Positions 59,798-64,000 of a DNA stretch of 64,000 bases are shown here, piece after piece (position 1 is the first letter of the stretch; each line of letters starts with the position of its first letter). The DNA is from an uncultured virus (IMG/VR IMGVR_UViG_3300027754_000077) (taxonomy: Duplodnaviria; Heunggongvirae; Uroviricota; Caudoviricetes), in IMG/VR virus record IMGVR_UViG_3300027754_000077; one strand, 5' to 3'. Both the position numbers and the translations under genes were made by a program. The notes beneath the pieces were generated by a model. The model saw only the letters and a program-made list of their open reading frames with translations. It was not told where the DNA came from and made no database searches.

Positions 59798-61543
59798 TTA
59801 GGGTTTTTTAAATTTTAGCTTGTAATAAACATTGAGTTTGGTTTGTCTTGAGATTTTAGGGTTTTGTGAAATCCCATCCCAACTCAAACGTTCTGCAAAT
59901 TCTTTGATGAAATCCTCCGATAGTGTTTGATTGAATGAAATCCCGCGCCAATCCACACTATCTGCAAATTCACGAATGAATTCTTCAGATAGTGTTTGTT
60001 TTTTTGAAATATTATACCAATTCACCTTATCTTTGAATTTTCTGATAAAATCTTCGGATAGTGTTTGGTAATGTGAAATATTACCCCAACCCAAACGACC
60101 TGCAAAATCTTTGATGAAATCCTCAGATAGTTTTTGACGCCGTGGAATTTCATCCCAAATCACACGGTCTACAAAATTTCTAATTATTTTTTCAGGTATT
60201 GGATAATTCCTCAAGACTTTATCCATGTCTAAACGTTTAGCAAATTCTAAAATAAAATCTCCAGATAGATTTTGGTAAGAGGAAATATAATTCCAATACA
60301 CATCATCTTTGTATCTTCTGATAAAATCTTCAGATAGTATTTGCATTCGTGAAATCTCAAACCAACCAAGACGATCTTGAAATTCTTCAATAAAATTTTC
60401 AGATAGTGAATTGTCTGAAACCCACTCCCAAGCTACATTATCTGCACTTAATCCCTTGCTGAACAAGTATCTCAGCATTTCTTCGGGTGCTTTTATATCA
60501 TAAAAATTTCTTATGTCTTTTTCATTTATGATTTCATCAATTAATTCAAAATCTCCATGTTCTAAAGCATATCTTGTTAGACTATACTTATCATTCCCAA
60601 ACTCTTCTTTAATCTCTTTTATTGCAATTGCTCTTCTTCTGTCATAAGTGTCTTTGTATTGTTTTTTGCCAAAAAGCATATCTTTTTGACTTTGAGGAAT
60701 ACTAACTCCTGTATTAAGATATTGTTCAATCAAATATCCAGATATTGTTGGTAAATTAATAATGAATTTTAATTGTTCATCCGTTAAAAGATGTCCTCTT
60801 CCTATATATTTAAGTTGTAATTTTAATGGTAACTTTTCAAACCAATTTGGTGTAACATTTCTGTATTCTAATAATTCATTTTCATTTATTTCTTCTTCTG
60901 TTAGAGTTTTATTTACAAATTGTGATGTATCTACACCGTTTTTTCTAAGATAATCAAAATAAGCTTCATGATCTTCGTCAAACTCAGCTATTGTCCCAGT
61001 GCGATTATTTTTGTCCGTAAGTTTTACGATACCATTTGCTTGCATATCAACCATCACTCTTGATAATGGATCTTCTGGTGGTCTGGTGCCATCATTTACA
61101 TAGTAAAAAGTAGATTGGTATTTATTCTTATAGGATTGAAATTCTGTATTTCCAGGCTGTGATATACACCAACTTGTTCCTGCGCCATATCTAATTGCGT
61201 CATTGACATCATTGCAGGCAACTACTTGTATCTTTCCTGGTACAAAATCAATTTTTTCTTTAGTTAATTCTTTTTGTTCTTTTATTTGTTTGGAGAAAAC
61301 TAATATAGTATGAAGAGCATCTACAGCTTCGGTAAATTTAAGAAAATCTGTGTAAATGTTATTATCAAACATCACTCCATCTTTTCTTAATTCTATAATT
61401 GGAAGTTTATTTGCTTTATCAAGCTCATTTAGTCTCTCACTAAGTTGGGAAGGATCCTGCCCTTGATCGCTAAAATATTCTGCAATCTTCCTTATTATAT
61501 GTTCTTTGCCAGCTATAATTATTTTTGCAAATTTATACCACAC
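59798..61543 (-). CDS. MWY-leader protein with YGAGTSWCI domain and C-terminal 22-aa Trp repeats (paralog B)
   Basis: Tandem duplicate of 58015-59727 with a different repeat set. Confidence 0.8.
   Translation of the reverse strand: MWYKFAKIIIAGKEHIIRKIAEYFSDQGQDPSQLSERLNELDKANKLPIIELRKDGVMFDNNIYTDFLKFTEAVDALHTILVFSKQIKEQKELTKEKIDFVPGKIQVVACNDVNDAIRYGAGTSWCISQPGNTEFQSYKNKYQSTFYYVNDGTRPPEDPLSRVMVDMQANGIVKLTDKNNRTGTIAEFDEDHEAYFDYLRKNGVDTSQFVNKTLTEEEINENELLEYRNVTPNWFEKLPLKLQLKYIGRGHLLTDEQLKFIINLPTISGYLIEQYLNTGVSIPQSQKDMLFGKKQYKDTYDRRRAIAIKEIKEEFGNDKYSLTRYALEHGDFELIDEIINEKDIRNFYDIKAPEEMLRYLFSKGLSADNVAWEWVSDNSLSENFIEEFQDRLGWFEISRMQILSEDFIRRYKDDVYWNYISSYQNLSGDFILEFAKRLDMDKVLRNYPIPEKIIRNFVDRVIWDEIPRRQKLSEDFIKDFAGRLGWGNISHYQTLSEDFIRKFKDKVNWYNISKKQTLSEEFIREFADSVDWRGISFNQTLSEDFIKEFAERLSWDGISQNPKISRQTKLNVYYKLKFKKP
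59860..60435 (-). repeat. Degenerate 66-bp tandem coding repeats
   Basis: Same repeat family as in paralog A; boundaries approximate. Confidence 0.8.
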
Positions 61544-61632
61544 AATCTGAATTTCAAGAAAAAAATAAAAAAACCTAATTTTTACAGAACAAATAGGAGA
61601 TTGTGTCGTATATATATAATAAGGAAATAATT

Positions 61633-61698
61633 ATGAAATTAAATTTGCAGGGCAGTATTGGATGTTTTATGTGGTCAACCCAAGGGGGTAGTGGCTAA
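61633..61698 (+). CDS. Putative attenuator leader peptide 2 (MKLNLQGSIGCFMWSTQGGSG)
   Basis: AAGGA RBS; 21 codons; upstream of a terminator and tRNA array 2; codons match the array tRNAs. Confidence 0.8.
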   Translation: MKLNLQGSIGCFMWSTQGGSG

Positions 61699-61725
61699 AA
61701 TCCTGCTGTAAGCAAAATTTTCACC

Positions 61726-61764
61726 AAAATCCCTGAAGACCAAAAAAACTTCAGGGATTTTTTT
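61726..61764 (+). terminator. Attenuator terminator upstream of tRNA array 2
   Basis: AAAATCCCTGAAG-ACCAAAAAAA-CTTCAGGGA-T7. Confidence 0.9.
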
Positions 61765-61766
61765 AT

Positions 61767-61779
61767 GTACTTTGACAAT
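61767..61779 (+). promoter_or_regulatory. boxA-like element
   Basis: GTACTTTGACAAT, similar to rrn boxA GCTCTTTAACAAT. Confidence 0.5.
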
Positions 61780-61789
61780 AAAATAATGA

Positions 61790-61865
61790 GCGATATTGAT
61801 GTTAATGGTTAGCATACCTGGCTTCCAACCAGATTGTGTCAGTTCAAGTCTGACATATCGCTCCA
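61790..61865 (+). tRNA. tRNA-Gly(TCC)
   Basis: GCGATAT/ATATCGC, CTGG-CTTCCAA-CCAG, U73, CCA. Confidence 0.92.
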
Positions 61866-61869
61866 ATAT

Positions 61870-61945
61870 GGATTTCAGGTGTAGCTGGTGTGCACGAAGC
61901 GCTGAAGACGCTTAGGATAGAGTTCAATTCTCTGGGAATCCACCA
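61870..61945 (+). tRNA. tRNA-Phe(GAA)
   Basis: GGATTTC/GGAATCC, AAGCG-CTGAAGA-CGCTT, CCA. Confidence 0.9.
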
Positions 61946-61955
61946 AATTTTTTAA

Positions 61956-62042
61956 GGAAGGTAATGCTGAATGGTTTTGGCGAATGTTTGCTAAACATTT
62001 CGGACTGAAAGGTCTCTGGTTCAATTCCAGTGCCTTCCTCCA
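61956..62042 (+). tRNA. tRNA-Ser(GCT)
   Basis: GGAAGGT/GCCTTCC, AATGT-TTGCTAA-ACATT, long variable arm, CCA. Confidence 0.88.
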
Positions 62043-62106
62043 TATACGGGGAGTGACCAGTTGGCTCTGTGCAGGAGTGGTTTTATTAAGTTTTGAATAT
62101 TCACAT

Positions 62107-62613
62107 ATGAGAAAACCAAACACTCAATGCTCAATCTGCTCGAATGAAATTTATCGCAGACCATTTCAAATAAAAGCACAAATAAAATTTTATTGTTCTA
62201 GTTGTAATCCATCTAAAAAAACAAATAAACTTGCAGAAAAGAAATGCCCAGTGTGTCAAAATTTTTTCAAACCAGATAGTTCAAAATCTACATTTTGTAG
62301 TCGTAGTTGTTCAAATAAAAGCCGTTGTGGAATTCATTACCGCAAAGATGGAAATGTATGGAATAATAAATCTAAACTCAGATTGTCAATACTTTTGACT
62401 GAGTTTGCTATTACATCTTGTATGGTTGAGGGATGCAACTATAATATCACTTATGATATTCATAGACACATACCTGGAAAAGAAGGTGGTGAATATAAAA
62501 TAGGAAATATGTTTGCTATCTGCCCAAACCATCATGCAGAGGTTTCTCGCGGTATAATTATTTTGGAAAAAGTAAGCGATAGTAAATTAAAAATAAAGGA
62601 AGTGCTGTCATAG
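62107..62613 (+). CDS. HNH endonuclease with N-terminal Zn-finger motifs, inside tRNA array 2
   Basis: CSIC, CPVC..FCSRSC; DIHRHIPGKEGGEYKIGNMFAICPNHHAEV. Start at ATG 62107 because the upstream in-frame part overlaps a tRNA. Confidence 0.85.
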   Translation: MRKPNTQCSICSNEIYRRPFQIKAQIKFYCSSCNPSKKTNKLAEKKCPVCQNFFKPDSSKSTFCSRSCSNKSRCGIHYRKDGNVWNNKSKLRLSILLTEFAITSCMVEGCNYNITYDIHRHIPGKEGGEYKIGNMFAICPNHHAEVSRGIIILEKVSDSKLKIKEVLS

Positions 62614-62684
62614 GTGTGATAAACCGTCTTGAAAACGGCTGGGCTGATAAGGTCTTGAGAGTTCGAATCTCTCCGCTTCCGCCA
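62598..62684 (+). tRNA. tRNA-Ser(TGA); 5' 16 nt overlap the HNH coding end
   Basis: GGAAGTG/CGCTTCC, CCGT-CTTGAAA-ACGG, long variable arm, G73, CCA. Confidence 0.85.
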
Positions 62685-62691
62685 AGTTTAT

Positions 62692-62765
62692 GTTGTCTCT
62701 AGCTCAGTTGGTAGAGCGTCCCACTGCAGGGGAAGGCGAAGGTTCAATTCCTTCGGGCAACACCA
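62692..62765 (+). tRNA. tRNA-like gene with irregular anticodon arm (undetermined, possible pseudogene)
   Basis: Canonical D arm GCTCAGTTGGTAGAGC, T arm and CCA; TCCC-ACTGCAG-GGGA lacks U33 in a 7-nt loop. Confidence 0.55.
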
Positions 62766-62771
62766 TTTTAC

Positions 62772-62858
62772 TGAGGAATAGTGTAATTGGTAACACGCTA
62801 GGTTTTGACCCTAGAGACATATTTGCTTGTCCACGTTCGAATCGTGGTTCCTCAGCCA
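62772..62858 (+). tRNA. tRNA-Gln(TTG) with long variable region
   Basis: TGAGGAA/TTCCTCA, CTAGG-TTTTGAC-CCTAG, G73, CCA. Confidence 0.85.
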
Positions 62859-62859
62859 T

Positions 62860-62934
62860 ATCCGAGTAGCTCAATGGCAGAGCATAATCTATATAAGATT
62901 GAGGTTTTTGGTTCAAATCCAAATTCGGATACCA
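62860..62934 (+). tRNA. tRNA-Ile(TAT), atypical (A33)
   Basis: ATCCGAG/TTCGGAT, TAATC-TATATAA-GATTG, CCA. Confidence 0.65.
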
Positions 62935-62939
62935 ATTTC

Positions 62940-63013
62940 GGCAAATTAGCTTAATGGTAGAGCGCAGATTTCATACATCTAAGACAAAAGTTCGATTCTT
63001 TTATTTGCCCCCA
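62940..63013 (+). tRNA. tRNA-Met(CAT), elongator type
   Basis: GGCAAAT/ATTTGCC, AGAT-TTCATAC-ATCT, no initiator features; Ile2 identity not excluded. Confidence 0.8.
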
Positions 63014-63016
63014 AAC

Positions 63017-63090
63017 GCACGATTAGCCAAGAGGCAAGGCGAGGGTCTGCAAAATCCTGATCACTGGTTCAAGTCCAGTATCGTGCTCCA
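63017..63090 (+). tRNA. tRNA-Cys(GCA)
   Basis: GCACGAT/ATCGTGC, AGGGT-CTGCAAA-ATCCT, U73, CCA. Confidence 0.92.
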
Positions 63091-63093
63091 TAT

Positions 63094-63167
63094 ACCAGAG
63101 AGAGTAGGTTGTTCCAATAGGTCTTCGAAACCTTTTTGCCTGGGTTCAAATCCCAGCTCTGGTGCCA
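63094..63167 (+). tRNA. tRNA-Arg(TCG), weak D arm
   Basis: ACCAGAG/CTCTGGT, AGGT-CTTCGAA-ACCT, T arm, CCA. Confidence 0.78.
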
Positions 63168-63274
63168 TTTTTATTTGATGGGTATTTGATAAAAACGTTT
63201 TTTTTCTGTTTTTTAGATTCAAAAATTCTCTTTTTTTATTTGATGGTCATTTGATTACCTTCACACAAAACAAA

Positions 63275-63583
63275 TTATGAGACCAGCTCAATTGTGTGTG
63301 GTGCATTTTCTGAAATGTTAAATAGCCCATTTCCCAATTCATATTTCTTACCAAGGTCATCAATAAATGTTTGAAATTCCATTTCAAGTTTTTCTATCAT
63401 TTCTTGATTAGCTCTAAATTCTTCTTGCAAAGAAGCCATTTGTTTTTCTACATTTCTCAACATGTCAAATATGTCAGAGCGCTTGCCTTTCAAGTTTAAT
63501 ACCCCAGAACGAAGCTGTGCATAATTATTAAATTCTTCTTTAGTTAAAGCTTTTTCAGATTGTGTAGATGAGTTAAATTTCAT
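63275..63583 (-). CDS. Coiled-coil hypothetical protein
   Basis: 102-aa helical ORF. Confidence 0.55.
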   Translation of the reverse strand: MKFNSSTQSEKALTKEEFNNYAQLRSGVLNLKGKRSDIFDMLRNVEKQMASLQEEFRANQEMIEKLEMEFQTFIDDLGKKYELGNGLFNISENAPHTIELVS

Positions 63584-63592
63584 AAATTTATT

Positions 63593-64000
63593 TTACAATT
63601 TTTTTGCTCTAACCAGTTCAAATTTTGCCCCTGTTTTTTCGCAAACATTTCTTAAGAAAATCCATGCATTACCAGCTTCATCCACTTCTGCCACAGGTGT
63701 GGAGTAACCCTTTAAGCCATTCATCCAAATTACATTATCACCTAACTTGGTTAACGCAAAGTTTTTGGGCATTAATTTATTGATAAAAGCTCTTGCTGGA
63801 ATAATGGTTCTTGAATTTTCTACTCTAGTTTGTGACCAAATAAAAACATTTGATTCAAAAGTAATTTCAAATACAGGATTTGTCCATGAATCCACTCCAT
63901 CACCATTATAGATTTGGTAAAATTTATTAACTTCTTTAATGAATGTTGGTTTATCCACTAATTTGCCTGGACATGTTTTGTTCGTCAATGGGTCATCTCT
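63593..64000 (-). CDS. Hypothetical protein (start probably beyond window edge)
   Basis: ORF reported from 63988; the frame is open to the window end. Confidence 0.5.
   Translation of the reverse strand, partial: RDDPLTNKTCPGKLVDKPTFIKEVNKFYQIYNGDGVDSWTNPVFEITFESNVFIWSQTRVENSRTIIPARAFINKLMPKNFALTKLGDNVIWMNGLKGYSTPVAEVDEAGNAWIFLRNVCEKTGAKFELVRAKKL

Noticed and set aside
58110..60435. 66-bp repeats as a CRISPR array or DGR template/variable pair
   Set aside because: The repeats are in-frame coding and degenerate with no unique spacers; no cas or reverse transcriptase gene in the window; the variation is not obviously adenine-specific
61675..63178. ORFs 61675-61866, 61875-62123, 62704-62922, 62954-63178 and the first 41 codons of 61984-62613
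   Set aside because: They overlap well-formed tRNA genes and are shadow ORFs
1..64000. Alternative genetic code (stop-codon reassignment)
   Set aside because: Conserved genes are full length in the standard code, all three stops terminate genes and no suppressor anticodon is seen

Overview
AT-rich segment of a large tailed dsDNA (jumbo-type) bacteriophage read in the standard genetic code. In order it carries: nucleotide metabolism genes (nrdB, nrdA, MazG-like); a DnaX/clamp/delta-like replication set interleaved with two sigma factors; terminase; a head module (portal fused to a DUF559-type nuclease, 1409-aa prohead protease, acidic scaffold, decoration protein, 283-aa major capsid protein); a LAGLIDADG endonuclease; accessory genes (Armatimonadota-type prepilin protein, FeoA, RmlA, methyltransferase); a minus-strand neck/tail block; a secreted T1/Sa-type RNase; and two tRNA arrays separated by duplicated Trp-repeat genes. 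The main observation is that each tRNA array is preceded by a short leader peptide ORF, alternative hairpins and an intrinsic terminator. The codons of each leader peptide match the tRNAs of the array directly downstream: MTNSLRHLYPAYAPSSG precedes Pro/Tyr/Ala/Leu/His, and MKLNLQGSIGCFMWSTQGGSG precedes Gly/Phe/Ser/Ser/Gln/Ile/Met/Cys/Arg. This suggests ribosome-mediated transcription attenuation that switches on phage tRNAs when the matching host tRNAs are depleted. Other signals are shared N-terminal leaders and a recurrent [KR]-x-A motif in head-associated proteins, and a sigmaH-like promoter motif that appears to produce leaderless mRNAs. All family assignments come from motif recognition by eye; no database searches or folding computations were run.
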